DNA of 64,000 bases from Paragordius varius (Eukaryota > Animalia > Nematomorpha), in assembly GCA_964247055.1 (NCBI GenBank), contig OZ176057.1:5828001-5892000 (forward strand), written 5' to 3'. A program made the position numbers and the translations under genes. Shown piece by piece: positions 12,987 to 26,946 of the stretch (the first letter of the stretch is position 1; each line of letters starts with the position of its first letter). The notes below the pieces were generated by a model. The model was not told the DNA's origin, made no database searches, and was given only the letters and a program-made list of their open reading frames with translations.

Positions 12987-13199
12987 GGAATGCAAGATCT
13001 GAGAACATCTCTTTTGAATTTCAACAAAAAATTGAAACAATTATGGAAATTTTTTACGATTTTATCAAATGTTTATATTTATATTTTCCGAAAAAATTAT
13101 GTAAATGATAGAACAATAAATATTTATTATCTTTCGATATATTGTTTGTATAACTACATAAAAAAGGTCAGGCGTTTTTTAAACAGCCGTTAATTTGGG

Positions 13200-14850
13200 A
13201 CCTTTATGCCCCTAAAAATACGCCATCATATAACGATTATTATGAGGTTTTTTTCGAATAACCCATGAGACGATGGTATCAAAGATGATTCCAAATATTT
13301 GCCCTATAAAGGCAAAGAATTTAACTCAGCGCCCTTACATATAGCTTTATGGGTAGTAGGTGTCTACCGGTTTAAAACTGAGACGCCATACAAAAATGGC
13401 GTGGTTGTGTAGTTGATTAAAAACTTAAAAATCCATACGAATTCAGTTAAACACATTTCTGGCGAATTTGGATATCATCCTTTCCTTTAAAAATGAGTTA
13501 CTTTTTATATACCTTGGTTCCCAGCTGTGTTTACGCAATTTTAAAATAAAACTTTTTACCATAATTTCGTAAAATGAAAATCTCAAATTAAATCCAATGA
13601 TATAGTTGAATATTAACTTTCATGAGGGACAGTTTAATGGTCACCTTAGAGTTTAGGCTTACGCAAAAACCCGTAAAAGATAAATTAAAGACATTTTTTT
13701 AATATTTATTATGCCATTCCAATCCAAATCTCGAAATAATCATTAATGAATGCCCCGACAATAGCTTCCCCCTTTTTTTAAATTAAATCCCCAGTTCGGG
13801 CCCACCCTGTGTAAAAAACGGGTTTTTTGAAAACACAACCACAAAAATCGTGTCTTTGAGACAATTTTCCAGAAAACGTGTTGGACAATTTGATTTCAAA
13901 TAGATTTTGTTTTACTTATTCTCGATTTCGCCAACATAGTAGGTTCGATTTTTTAAATTTAGGTCCTCTTACCCGCTCCCCCCGTAAAATGACATTTTTG
14001 TAAAAAAAATTAAGTCCACAAAATTCTTTGAATCTATTTTCGCTCAAGGTATAAGACCGTAATTCAATAAGGATTCAAGGTATTCCTAGTTAAAAGGCAA
14101 AAATTTTAGTCAAGCGTTTCTTTGATGATAGCTGCTGGGTAAGGAGATACCAGCTAAAAACTGACTCGTCATATTAAAATAGCGTGCCTTACTTCAGGGA
14201 ACCTATCAGGCCATATGAGTTTAATAGCTGCTTAAAATATTACCCGTAACAAGGCAAAAATTTAGATCGTGTGGTTTTTAATATTAGCGGTTAATTCCTT
14301 TCACGCCCTAAAAATTCTTTACCATAGAATGATTTTTCAATTTTCAAAAAAATAATGAGAGCATATGGAATCAATCATGATTTCAGGTGTTATCCGTAAA
14401 AAGGCAAAAATTTAAATCAAGCCCTTTTTTATATCAGCCTCTGGGTAAGAAGCTACCCGCCAAAAACTGCGCCACTATCTAGATATTGCGTTGTTTTGGA
14501 ATTAATTTAAAAAAACTTATGCCATATGAGCTTATTTAAAGTTCGAAATATTACCCGTAACTATGTAAAATCTCAAGTCGATCCTTTTTTTAGTCCTTAC
14601 TTTGGGTATGCCCTAAAAATACGCCATCATATAACGATTCAGTGTTGAAGTATTTTTTCGAACCCATGACACGATGGTCTCAAAGATGGTTCCAAATATT
14701 TTCCCTAAGGCAAAAAATCTAACTTAGCGCTTTTTCCATATAGGCCTATGGGTAGGGGTCTATTGGTTTAAAACTGAGACGCCATACAAAAATAGCGTCG
14801 TTTTGGAGCTAATTTTCTAAAACTTAAGAAGCCATACGAGTTCAATAAAA
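13200..14850. repeat. Composite repetitive block, probable decayed non-autonomous transposon
   Basis: Direct repeats 13205-13440 / 14608-14840 (cctaaaaatacgccatcatataacgatt...gagacgccatacaaaaat) and 14090-14260 / 14395-14570. Higher GC than flanks; no ORF. Confidence 0.6.
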
Positions 14851-16227
14851 GCTTTAATTATTACCCATAAAAAAGTAAAAATTATAGTATAGCGGTTTTT
14901 TCCGTTAGCCGTCGATTTGGGGCATTTACACCAGTAACCAATATATTAGTATTAATGCTGGAAAATCCTATAAGATTATTCGTAATTATCCACATAGGAT
15001 CATTTTATTGATTTCTTTTTTTCAAATAGCCTCCCCCCTCCCAGAATTCTGAAGGACATCCTCATTTACGCAAGTGTAACATAAAAATAAGAGTTAAGAA
15101 ATATCTTCTGTTAAATGTGTTTCTATGGTTTGATATGGTCAAACCCTATATATGAAAAGATGATTGCTGCTTTTAACTTAAAGATTTGATCAGGCTATAC
15201 CATCAATACTGAATACTTAATACTGTATTAATTTTTTACTTGAGACAACATAAATCCTTTATTGCTATTGAATCATCTTCATATCCCTTTTTTGGTTAAA
15301 TTACATATATTTTTTAAAAATAAATTTTGTTTTAAATTAAAATAATACTGAAAAAATAAATTATGCCATAAAGATATATTTCATATTAATAATATGTTAT
15401 ATTAGTTTAAATATAATTATTTTTAGGGGCGAATTTGAATTGTTTAAGGGTGAATTTGAATTGTCCAAAGGTGAATTCGAATTGTTTAAGGTGAATTTGA
15501 ACTGTAAATTTTTCATATCTTTTAAATTCTATATATTCAAAGTATACCGCATCCAATGATATTAAAAATAAAGCATATCCATGAGGTAAAATTGTTTTAT
15601 CCAAAAATTAACCGAATCGAAAAACACTTATAACTTCAAGAAAAAGTGAAAATTACAAAATAAATATAACTTATTTGACAACCAATAGTTTTAAAACACA
15701 ATTCACATTTAGTTAGGTATTTTTTAAGTTTTCAAAATTTTTTAGATTTTAATGTTTATATATATCCTTTTTCCTCCTAATATTTAAGTGACTTATTTAT
15801 ATTCAGAAAATAAAACGCGTTATTATATGATATAAATATTATAATAATAATATAACTTGAATTATAAAATTATATTTGTTTTTTGCCTATTTTGTCTTGT
15901 TTTTTGAAAATCGAAAAACCCGTAACATGTCGAAATTCTAACTCGGGTTCAATATATTTTCAAGTTTTAGAACAAAAGTTTTTATCAAAAATCGTCCTCG
16001 GTTATTTGTCGACTATAATTATCTTAATGAACTAAAAAATTGTATGGCATAAACTCACAACTTAAATTAAACATTTGGTGTTTTCTTATATTTAAGGAAA
16101 ATGAATTTACGATAAACATTTTAATATTGAACGCAATGCCAAAAATGTGTATCTTTTCAACTCATATAAAAGTTGTCAATATAAAAATGTTATAATTTTT
16201 CAAATTTTGATTTGACCTAAAAAAACT

Positions 16228-17684
16228 ATGAAGCATTTTAAATTCTTTATTGTGTTAAGTTTGATTTGTGCTCTCTGGGTATGTCAAACAGTTAAAGGCG
16301 ACATTGAACAACATGCCCCCGAAATAGAAGGACAAGAAAGTCGCCATTTGGGTTACGGTAAGCACAAATTTATTTTGTGGGCAAAAATTTTTTTTCTATT
16401 TACAGTTCAAAACCCTTGAACAATTCAAATTCACCCTTGAACAATTCAAATTCACCCTTGAACACTTCAAATTCACCCTAAAAATAAATTGTCTGCTTTC
16501 GAACTATTATAACTCAAGATTAATATGAAATCTATCTTGGTTGCATAGTTTATTATTTTTTTAGATTTTAATTTAATATAAAACAAAATTTTCATGTTTT
16601 AAAAAATATATAGAAATATAGGTAATTTTTAATTTTAAAAAACTTATATTTTAATTGAGAGTGAATTTGACTTGTTCGAGGGTGATTAATTGTTTAAGGG
16701 TGATTGTAAATGGTATATATGTATATACAGTAAAAACTGTTATGCGGACATGTTAAAAAAATGTTCAGACAAACATTTTTTTCTAAAAGACAACCTCATA
16801 CTATTTAAATCTTGGTTTATTTCAATATAGCTCAATGTTTTAAATGGCGAAATTGAAATAGAGTATATATTACTAACACAATTAATTATATTTTACAATT
16901 GTAATTATATAATTTATTATAAGAAAAATTAAAGTTTAACAATATAGGGTTGTCTTTTAAAAAAATTGTCGTTATATTTTTACGTTTTGTCCGTATAATT
17001 TCAATTATTACTGTACTATTAAGTTTAAATAATTTTGGTTATACCTTTTGAGGGACTTAAATTTTTGGTAGATTGATAATTTATTGAGTTTTAAGATTCG
17101 AAAAATAATTGGGTTCTAACGCCATACAATCAAATAAATAATATTAAAAACCTAAATATTTTGGCTAATTTATCAAGCAACAAGTTTAAAAACTTAATTT
17201 AACTATTAATTATGTTATAAAACAACAGTTTGACAACACAAAGCTTTAATTTTTTTGAAATTTATTAAGTTAACCTATTTCGTTTTACGTAGTCAGCTCT
17301 GAATAAAGATTTACTCCATAAGATTTAATTTATTATTTGGGTAAAATACATCATCTCTATTTTTTAAAGTTAAAGCTCTATGCTTTTTTGACCTAGCCGG
17401 TACCTCTAATTAATAAAACCTACACATATAATCAAATTAAATTTATAATTTATAATTTTTATTGATGCGTTTGATTTTAACATGAAATTCAAAATCCCAA
17501 AAATATAAATATAAAAAATTTACAAATTAACTATAATATAGTTTTAATAAATTTAAACGATTTACTTAACGCTTATTCCAATATATTTATATAGTTAACG
17601 AATCTAGGCTTTGGATAATTATTTTCTAAGTTGCTTTTAAAATTTCTCGTTTAAAATTTAATTTAGATTATAATTTTTATATAG

Positions 17685-17733
<49 letters not shown>

Positions 17734-18003
17734 CTACACCTATAAAATTCATGCTAATATTCGTGCACTTTTGATTTTTTTAAAAAACTGTATTTTTAAG
17801 CTAAAACCAAACTTAATATTTTATAAGCTTACAAAACCCTTATATATAAAATTAAATTTTATCATTTATATTTTAAACTAATTTTATTCAAATATCTATT
17901 TTTATTAATTTTTCTAGCATGTGGCCGTGTCATTTGTCATTTGCACTGTCCACATGGATATATGAGAGATATCAAGGGATGTAAAATTTGCCGTTGTCGT
18001 TGA
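16228..18003 (+). CDS. Secreted single-domain antistasin-like peptide precursor 2, 71 aa
   Basis: Exon 1 16228-16357 (donor GTAAGC, phase 1), exon 2 17918-18003. Mature region HLGYACGRVICHLHCPHGYMRDIKGCKICRCR*. Same exon structure and signal peptide as gene 1; 5' and 3' flanks are also homologous. Confidence 0.88.
17685..17733. repeat. (TA)n microsatellite (representative; many others, e.g. 1408-1448, 59548-59585)
   Basis: Direct reading. Confidence 0.9.
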
Positions 18004-19434
18004 TAAAAACACAATCAAAATTGGATAAAAAATTGAAATTTTTGGAATTTTTCAATTTTTTTATATTTATATGATTTTGTGAAAATTATGTAAATAAAGA
18101 ACAATACATAATTATTTTCGATACTTAGTCATCTCAGAGCATACACGATTTAGCTCTGGCAAACAAAACTGCCCCAATATGTCATCGTAGACAATAATGT
18201 AAAGAAGTCATGAAGTGTTAATATTAGCAAAAAAAATCATGGAATTATTATTTTGTATAAAATCCAATTTCAACCGTAATTTTGTTAGAATTAAATTTCT
18301 GTGATATTCTTCCGAATAAAGTTTATACAAAGCCTAAAAATTATATTTTTATGATAATAAAGATTTTTATTTATTTAATGATATTTGTGATAATTGGATA
18401 TGTGTTACTTTTTTCCCACATATCTTTTAAAATATTTTAACTTATTTTAAACATGTATACTTTAATATTTGGACTAGTAGTCAAATAATGGCGATACAAA
18501 ATATCTCATGTTCGAAAATTATAATAAATATTTGATTAGATTGGAGTTTAAAGCTAATCAAATATATGTTTTTATTATGGTTTCAATTATAAAAAATGCT
18601 ATATAATTCGATGTTTGAATTCCAGTTGAATAATTATATTAACCTCCATTACATATCACAGGGATGTAAAATTTGAATATCATAAGTATTTAAGGTATTA
18701 AGCCGAAATCAAGGTGCTTTATTTAGCCTTTTAGCCGCATTAAGAAAGTTTTTCTAGAAAATGTAAAAAATCCTCATGCCAACTTTTCCCCCATTTTTTT
18801 TTTTAATTTTTTTAGTCTCATAATTAACAAGGAAAATCTTTATGTTATGGTTATGATATAATTAACTTTAAAAAGCTTTCAGGTTGCATTTTACTTGCAA
18901 AAACTTGATATATTTGATAGTATCATATGTGTCATTCGTGATTTAGATCTGCAATTTTAGTAAAGGACAAAAATCTGTTAAAAGTATATGCTTTTTATAA
19001 AATACATTAATACAATATGTTGATTTAATTATAAATAAAATAAAACTGATGTGTTTTTCAAATTGGGCTGTGGGATATAAAACTACCCGAAAAAATTAGG
19101 AAAATTTTTTATAAAGGCTTTGGTTTTTTATATGCCCAAAACCTTTAATATTTTTGAAAGATGATGAAAATTTATGATTGAATATGTATTTTAAATGATT
19201 TTCTTTATATTTCGGTACATCTACTTTATAAAAACGCAAACTTTTGCATGCGTTAAATTTATTCTTTATTTTTAAGATTATATAATTTTAAATAGCCTGG
19301 GCTATCCAAAGAAAGACCTATTTGTGAGGACTGAATGTATATTGTATTCAAATGTGAAATAATAAAATCCAAAATTTTTACATTGTTCAGTAATATTTTC
19401 TGTTCGGTTTCACCTGTAAATTTACACGCCTTCC

Positions 19435-21413
19435 ATGGGTTTAAAAAATCAATCTTTCTTCATATCATTGAGTTTAGCCATAATTTTTATGGCTTTGTTG
19501 CAAGTGTTTAAGAGCGCATTGTTAAAAGATAAAATGGGAACGATTTTAGGCGGTTTTCTGGGTTCAAACATATTTATATTCCTTCTTACTGCCATAAATA
19601 ATGGTGAAAATATTTTGTTTGGAGATGGATTTCAATCCACTTCCACTGAAGGTTACTTTCCATATTTTTAGGTTTTCTTATTAGTTGGTTTTTGCCTATT
19701 TATATCTGCCATTTTTTCTGGTTTTATTCACCGTGTATGTTTTACAACTTGGTATTTTACAACGTTTTTTTTTATAATTCTATAGCATATTGTTTTCAGT
19801 TTTGGCCCTATATTTTGTGAACAAAATATCGTTCGAAAAATATCAATCGTATCAGATTGCCGGAATGGAAACGCACTTAAAATCAGCCCAGAAAAGTTTA
19901 TTTTTAAATTATTTTGCTTTTAATTTGAAATTTATTTTTTTTATTAATTTTGTATTATAATAAACAATTTTACATGATAATTAATTAATAAATGTTTTTT
20001 ACAAAATTTATATTACTAATATTTTTATAAGGGCCAAATATTGTTTTGGGTATGATAATTTAAATTAATTTTTTAAATTGATAAGAAAAATATTTTTACA
20101 TTTTTTGTTGCAAAGATTATTTAAATATATAATAAACTTATTAATAAATAGAATGTTGTAAAAATAAAAATTTTAAATTCATTTTTTTTTCAAATTAAAA
20201 ATTAAAATTATGCTAACAAAATGTAAAAACAAATATTTTTTTCTAAAAATTAATCGTATTCTCTCAGGATTTTAAATACCATTAACAATTCAAATTTACC
20301 CTTGAACAATTTGAATTCCTACCTAAAATAAATTGTGTTTCAGAGGTAATATAACTCATTATTAATATTAAACATATCTTTATGGCGCTTAGTTTATTAT
20401 TTTTTCAGTATTATTTTAATTTTAAAGGTATTTTATTTTTTCCAAAATATAAAAATACAAATAATTAATAATCTTTAGAAACACATAATTTATTTTTAGG
20501 GAGAATTTGAAGTGTAAATGGTATACTTAATGTTTTAAACTGCAAACTATATAATAGAGATATATATTGGTAATATTATCAATCATTTATTTTATAATTG
20601 TAATTAAATAATTTTTTATTGACTTAATTAAGCCTAAAATATATGGGGGTGTTTTTTGAAAAAAAATTTTCTTTATATTTATACGTTGTTTTGTCCGTAT
20701 AATTTCAATATTTACTATCCTACTTTTGCTGTAATAAATATACAATATAAATAAAGTTTAAGTTTAGTAAAGACAAAACGGAATTATTTAAAGACAAATA
20801 TTTTTCTTGAAAAAACGGCCATATTTTTTGATATTTGATTTTTTTAAATTAATAAACGATAAAAACTGTGAAATTCAGTAAAAATTGGAAATATACGGAC
20901 AAAACAACGTAAAAATATAAAGACATATATTTTTTCTAAAAGACAACCCCATACTTTTCAAAACCTTAATTTTTCTCATATATAAGCTATTTAGTTACAA
21001 TTGTTAAATATAGAATTGATTGTGTTAGTTATATATATATATCTATATCACACTTTGCCATTTTAAATAATGAGTTATATTGAAATAAATCAAGAGATTT
21101 AAAAAGTATGGTTGGTTGTCTTTTAGATTAAAATATTTGTCTTTATATTTTTACGTTGTTTTGTCCGTATAATTTTTATTACTTATATATATATATATAT
21201 AATTGAGTACGATATCAATTTACATCTCTATTTTCTATTTTATAATTCAAAACAATAAATTTGAAATATATTTTTTTTAAATATAATTAGTTTTTTTTAT
21301 ACAAATTATTTATATTTTTATTTACTACAGATAAATTACACGGTAATACAATGGCCAACAATGTCAAATCCCCCTACAATATTACGACTTCATCCAAGAA
21401 AAAAATGAAATAA
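19435..21413 (+). CDS. KRTCAP2: Keratinocyte-associated protein 2 (KCP2, oligosaccharyltransferase accessory subunit), about 158 aa
   Basis: Exons 19435-19651, 19685-19751, 19786-19895, 21331-21413 (477 nt, in frame). Diagnostic motifs TILGGFLGS-IFIFLLTAINNGENILFGDGFQ and SGFIHRVCFTTC. The last exon ends ...SSKKKMK*, a dilysine ER-retrieval motif. The last exon is less certain than the first three. Confidence 0.9.
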
Positions 21414-22599
21414 ATTCAAAAACTTTATTTTATTTTTAAGCTAAAATTTTAATTAAGTTTATTTTAAAAATAAATTATTATTATTATAAAATATCGTTTA
21501 TATTTTAGAAAAGGGTTATCAATCTCTACTTGAATAAATGACTTTTTATTTTATGTATTCCAAAGGAGTTTTACAATGTTTTAAAAAAATTGCTTTTTAG
21601 TTAGATAATGAATATTAATAATCATATTTTTGAAATATTTGTTAAAACTACCAGATTGCGATATTTTACTTTTTTTAACTAACCTTTATTGGAATATTTG
21701 CAAAATACAGTAAAAATTAAAATTATACAGACGAAATGTTATAATATATATAAAGACAAATATTTTTTTCAAAAGACAAATATACTTTTTAAAACATTCA
21801 TATGTAAACTTTAATTGCATTTTCTTAAATTTATATAATTAATATTCAACTATTCTTTTTTGCTTATAAGTAGAAATCATTGTATTTATATTAACAAATA
21901 AGTTTAAAATTTATAGCAATCTTTTTTCAAGAAATATTTGTCTTTATGTTTTTGACATTTTTGTTTTTATGAGCTTAATTTTTAATGTATTACAGATAGC
22001 TTTTACGAAAAATTATTCACCGAGTATTAAATAACCATATAATGTTTTCATTACACTAGTTTAGTTCCAAAAAATCATATTTTTAATTCAATGATTTCTA
22101 TAATACACTTAAGAAAGTCATTAATGTTAAAAATATGTTTTTCAAATTTTAAATGATCTAAAATTGTCCCCAATTAATATCTAACTTTTTTATATAGGAT
22201 TATCTTCAAAAGTCCTCAGAACATTCATTATTACATCTCAAACACATTTTATACGATTTCCGGAAAATTGCTAAAAATTAATAAATTCTTTTTTAAAACA
22301 ATAAAATTATTAAAATTAGGATAAAACTTTAAATTCAAAGACAAATATTTTTTTCTAGAAACTTCTATACTTTAAATTTTTGAATATAACTGATTGTTTA
22401 AAACTGTATTAACACAATCAATTATGTGTTTTACGATTGTAGTTAAATAATTTTCGTTTTTTATAGGACAAATTAAGGTTTAAATGAAAAAAATTTGTCT
22501 TTATATTTTTACTCCTTGTCCGTATAATTTCATTTTTTATTGCAATTTATAAAATCAATTAGGCTTCATTGACCAACGTGTAGGGAATATTTATAATTA

Positions 22600-22865
22600 C
22601 AGTAAAAATTGAAATTATACGGACAAAACTTAAAATATAAAGACAAATATTTTTATTCAAAAGACAACTATAAATTTTTATCTGGTTTTTTTAAAATTAA
22701 CTCATTGTTCTAAACTCTAAAGTATAATATAGAAATGTCAATTTGTAACACAATCAATTATGTATTTTACGATTGTAATTAATATTATAGGATAAATTAA
22801 GGTTTAAATGAAAAAATATTTAACTTATATTTTTATTCCTGTCCGTATAATTTCAATTTTTACTG
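22600..22865. mobile_element. MITE family A copy (TA-CAGTAAAAATTGAAATTATACGGACAAAAC...), Tc1/mariner-type
   Basis: About 70-bp TIRs, CAGT...ACTG ends, TA flanks. The most abundant repeat, roughly 40 copies or fragments (e.g. 6743-7091, 7295-7578, 27244-27540, 28267-28541, 29724-30005, 33619-33953, 43168-43472). Confidence 0.9.
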
Positions 22866-25633
22866 TATTTTTTGCGACTGACGATGGATAGAAAATTTTG
22901 GTTTTAAAATACGTATTTTCACGCCATGGGATTTATTAAGTAGAGGATCGAAATATTCCTTAAAATATGTGACTTGACTTATTTTATTTAAAATATTTTT
23001 GAATGAATTTCTATTTTATTGAATTTATAAACGCGTTTATTAAATTTTTTATATCAGGAGTTAAATAGCTCCGAGGGCCGAATTCTTGACTAAAAAAATT
23101 TGATTTGATTCCGTAAAAATATATGGAATTTTATAAATATTTTTAGGTTTTAAACATAAAACTTTGTAAAAGATCTCAAAGTACCATTTATACAAATAAT
23201 ATGTGTTTGATCATTGCCAAAATCTTTAAAAAATATTAATTTAATTTACTTATTTAGATTTAGTAAATGGCATTTTATATAATTAAAATTTTTGTATTTA
23301 GCATATTTTTAAGCTTCTCGCTAGTTGGAATATATCTGAGGGCTGCAGATCAGATATCCCTGTTTTAAAAATATTTTACATGTAGTTTTACATGCATTTA
23401 TAATATGAAATATTTCCTACATTTTTTCCAAAATTTACATAAATCCCCCAAAAAAATATAAAATAAACTCTTTGAATACTATTATATTTTAGCCATTTTT
23501 ATATGTAAGGACATCGTCCCAATTCTTCCGAAAATAATTTATCAAAATAATTTAAAATCCATTTATTATTCATAAAAAATACGTTTTTTTTTCAAATCCA
23601 ATTGGAATGAATTAGTTCCGAAAATGAGGGGGAATTAAATTTTACGACGAGATATGGTAAAACTGGGTTTTTACCTTATATGTCAACGGTTAACATGTTC
23701 GGGCCAAGTACTAACGAATATTATCACACACATTGTCTATTATTTATACAGTAAAAAGTGAAATTATACGCGGACAAAACGTAGTAAAAATAGAAAAGAC
23801 AACCATATTTTTTTCTAAAAGACAATCATATTTTTCTTGATTTATTTCAATATAAAACTCATTGTTTTAAATGGCAAAGTATATGTGTAAAATAGACATA
23901 TACACTAACACAATCAATTCTATATTTTACAATTTTAACTAAGTAGCTTATATAAGAAACAATAAGGGGTCTTTTTGGAAAAAATAGTTGACTTTATATT
24001 TTTACGTTTTGTCCTTCCATATTTCAATTTTTACTTCGGGGCTGGACATTGTGCGAATTCTGGCCCTACAAACAGTGCCCAAAGTGATTGATTATATTTT
24101 AGGCATTTGAAGTTTTTCTTGCTTCTTGCTGGAAACCGATTAGAACTGTGCTGGTAACCAGAATTATCGCATGCCTACACCTGACTGAATAATCAAACGC
24201 CAGAATCCACAGTGTTGAGACCATTTTAAAGCTTAGAAACATATGGAAACACAACGCAATCACACTACCTATTACCGGATGAAAGTACCAACCCCTAATA
24301 TAATTAGAGTTTTGTAGTTGGAAAACTCAAACGCGTTACGTAAGCGTCAACCCCACCCCGATAGGCTAAATTTAGGGGTGGGAAAATAATAATGTAAGGG
24401 ATTTTATGCATAGAAATGTTTTATAGGTTAGATTGGATATTTAATATTCACATGTTTTTCACTTGCTGTTTTTTGCCTGTCACGTGGCGTACAATACGAT
24501 GATTTCGCAATGTCTTGTTATATTTTATGTAATGTTAAAATAAATTTACTTTGATTCGTAACTTATAATTAACTTAGCTTGTCATATTTAAAGTAACTAG
24601 CGATCATATTTATAAATTAATTAGTTTTTTACCATTTGTAAAATTTGGGGGTAGAGAGTTCTACAAGCTAATTAAATTTTTTATTGCTGTTTTGTGGTTA
24701 TCGATATGAAAAAAAATTAATCTACTATTTTTTAATTGTAATTATCAAATTGTCCCACTATTTTAATAGTTCTTTAAAAATTTATTGATAGAAAAATATT
24801 AAACATTTATTTAATATTCGTTAAAATTTATTAATGCGGGAATGGTACATAATATATATATATATATATAATAAATGCGTATAAAATGGTTTTTTACGAC
24901 AGTTTAATTGAGCAAAAAAATAGTATTTATTAAAAATAATGTGAGGTAAAATTATTTGCTTATCAACTCTCTCTGTTGTAGGATTTATTTTTTCTTTCCA
25001 AGACCTAAATCAAAATCAATAGTTTAGAAAATTAAAATCGTATAATTTTCAAACACTGTCAAGAAAATTAGGAGGTATATTAGAATATTCTGTTTTATCG
25101 ATCTTTTTCGAATCAAAAATCTAACAAGTCACATTCGTGCAATATATGGGCGGCACAAAAATATACTATTTATAGTTCAAATTCACCCTTAAACATTTCA
25201 AATTCACCCTTTTAAAATTCACCTTAAACAATTCAAATTCACCTTAAAATAAATTATGTGATTTCGGGCAGCTAATATAACTCATTATTAATATGATATA
25301 TGTTTATATATTTTATTATTTTTTCAGTATTATTTTAATTTTAAACAAAATTTTTATTTTTGAAAAATATATATAGGTAATTTTCAATCTTAATTAACAT
25401 ATATTTGAGGGTGAATTTGAATTGTTTAAGGATGAATTTGAATTGTTCAAGGGTGAAATTGAATTGTAAATGGTAAATATGTTCGGCTTTAACAAATATT
25501 TTCATTAGATTTTAAACATAAGATCATAAAAATTACTATTCATAATTCATTTTTTTCTAGTGTTCATTGCCAAAATTCCGAACAATATATTCAGGAAATT
25601 TGTTTAAGATAATCAATTTTACTTAAATTTCTT

Positions 25634-25673
<40 letters not shown>

Positions 25674-26946
25674 TCTGGTGTTTTCCTTAGGATTTATTTA
25701 AAAAAGTTATTACTACTTTTTTGTTATTATTATATATGAGTATACTCTTAAATACGAAACTAAAAAACAAATTTTTTTTTTCAAAAAAGATAACCATTCC
25801 TTATATTTTCCTCAGTAAATATTGAAATTATACGCGGACAAAACGATGTAAAATATAAAGACAAATATTTTTTCTAAAAGACACAACCAACCATACTTTT
25901 TGAGTTTTAATTTTTAATGTAAATTGATATTACACAAGCAATTTATGTATTTCATCATTTTAAAATGTAATAGGATAGATTAAGGTTTAAAAAAGTATAA
26001 TGGTTATCTTTGAAATAAAAATATTTGTCTTTATATTTTTACAACGTTTTTTCCGTATAATAGCAATTTTTACTGTAAATCTTATTTTTATAAAAACCTT
26101 TTGTTTTGGGAAACAAAATAATGAATAGAGATAAGAATATAAACACTGCAACATATGTTACATAAATTAAAAGGTTTCACATAGCATATGGTAATGTTCA
26201 AAAAAATATTTAAATAATTTTTGCATTTTATTTATCTAATTTCAATGTTTATTGTAATTTTTAATTTTTACCAAAAAAATATGATTTACAGTAAAAATTT
26301 TAAATTTTACGGACCAAACGTAAAAATATGAAAACTATATTTTATTAAAAGGCAACCATACTTTTTACACCTTATTTTTTCTCTAAACTATTTAATTACT
26401 ATACCTAAAATATGAAATTGATTGTGCAAATAATTTTTATTTCATTATTGTTTCAATATTAAATAATGAGTAATTCCAAGGTTTAAAAAGTATGGTTGTC
26501 TTTAACCAATATTATATTTTTTACGTTTTCTCCGTATAATTTTAATTTTACAGTCATGTATCCTTTATTTTATAAAAAAAATTTTTTTTTTCATTATATG
26601 GGTGAGTATAAATATACCATTTCAATTCTATTTCATCCTTAAACAACTCAAATTCACCCTTAAACAATTTATATTCATCCTCAAAAAATTCAAATTCACC
26701 CTCAAATAAAATATATGTTTTTTAAAACTAAAAATTACCTATATATTATATATTTTTAAAAAATAAAAATTTTGTTTTAAATTAAAATAATACTGAAAAA
26801 TTAAATAACTATACCATAAACATTTATTTCATATTAATAATGAGTTAGATTAGTTCAAAAAGACATAATTTATTTTTAGGGTGAATTTTTGAATTGTTCG
26901 AGGGTTAATTTGAATTGTTCATGAGTGAATTTGAACTGTAAATGGT

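Noticed and set aside
19669-19671. In-frame TAG in KRTCAP2 suggesting read-through or a pseudogene
   Set aside because: It lies inside a canonical 33-nt GT-AG intron whose removal restores homologous spacing.
25558-25612. Plus-strand ttttctag|..VHCQNSEQYIQEICLR* possible terminal exon (similarly 41331-41392)
   Set aside because: No upstream exons could be linked and no homology was recognised.
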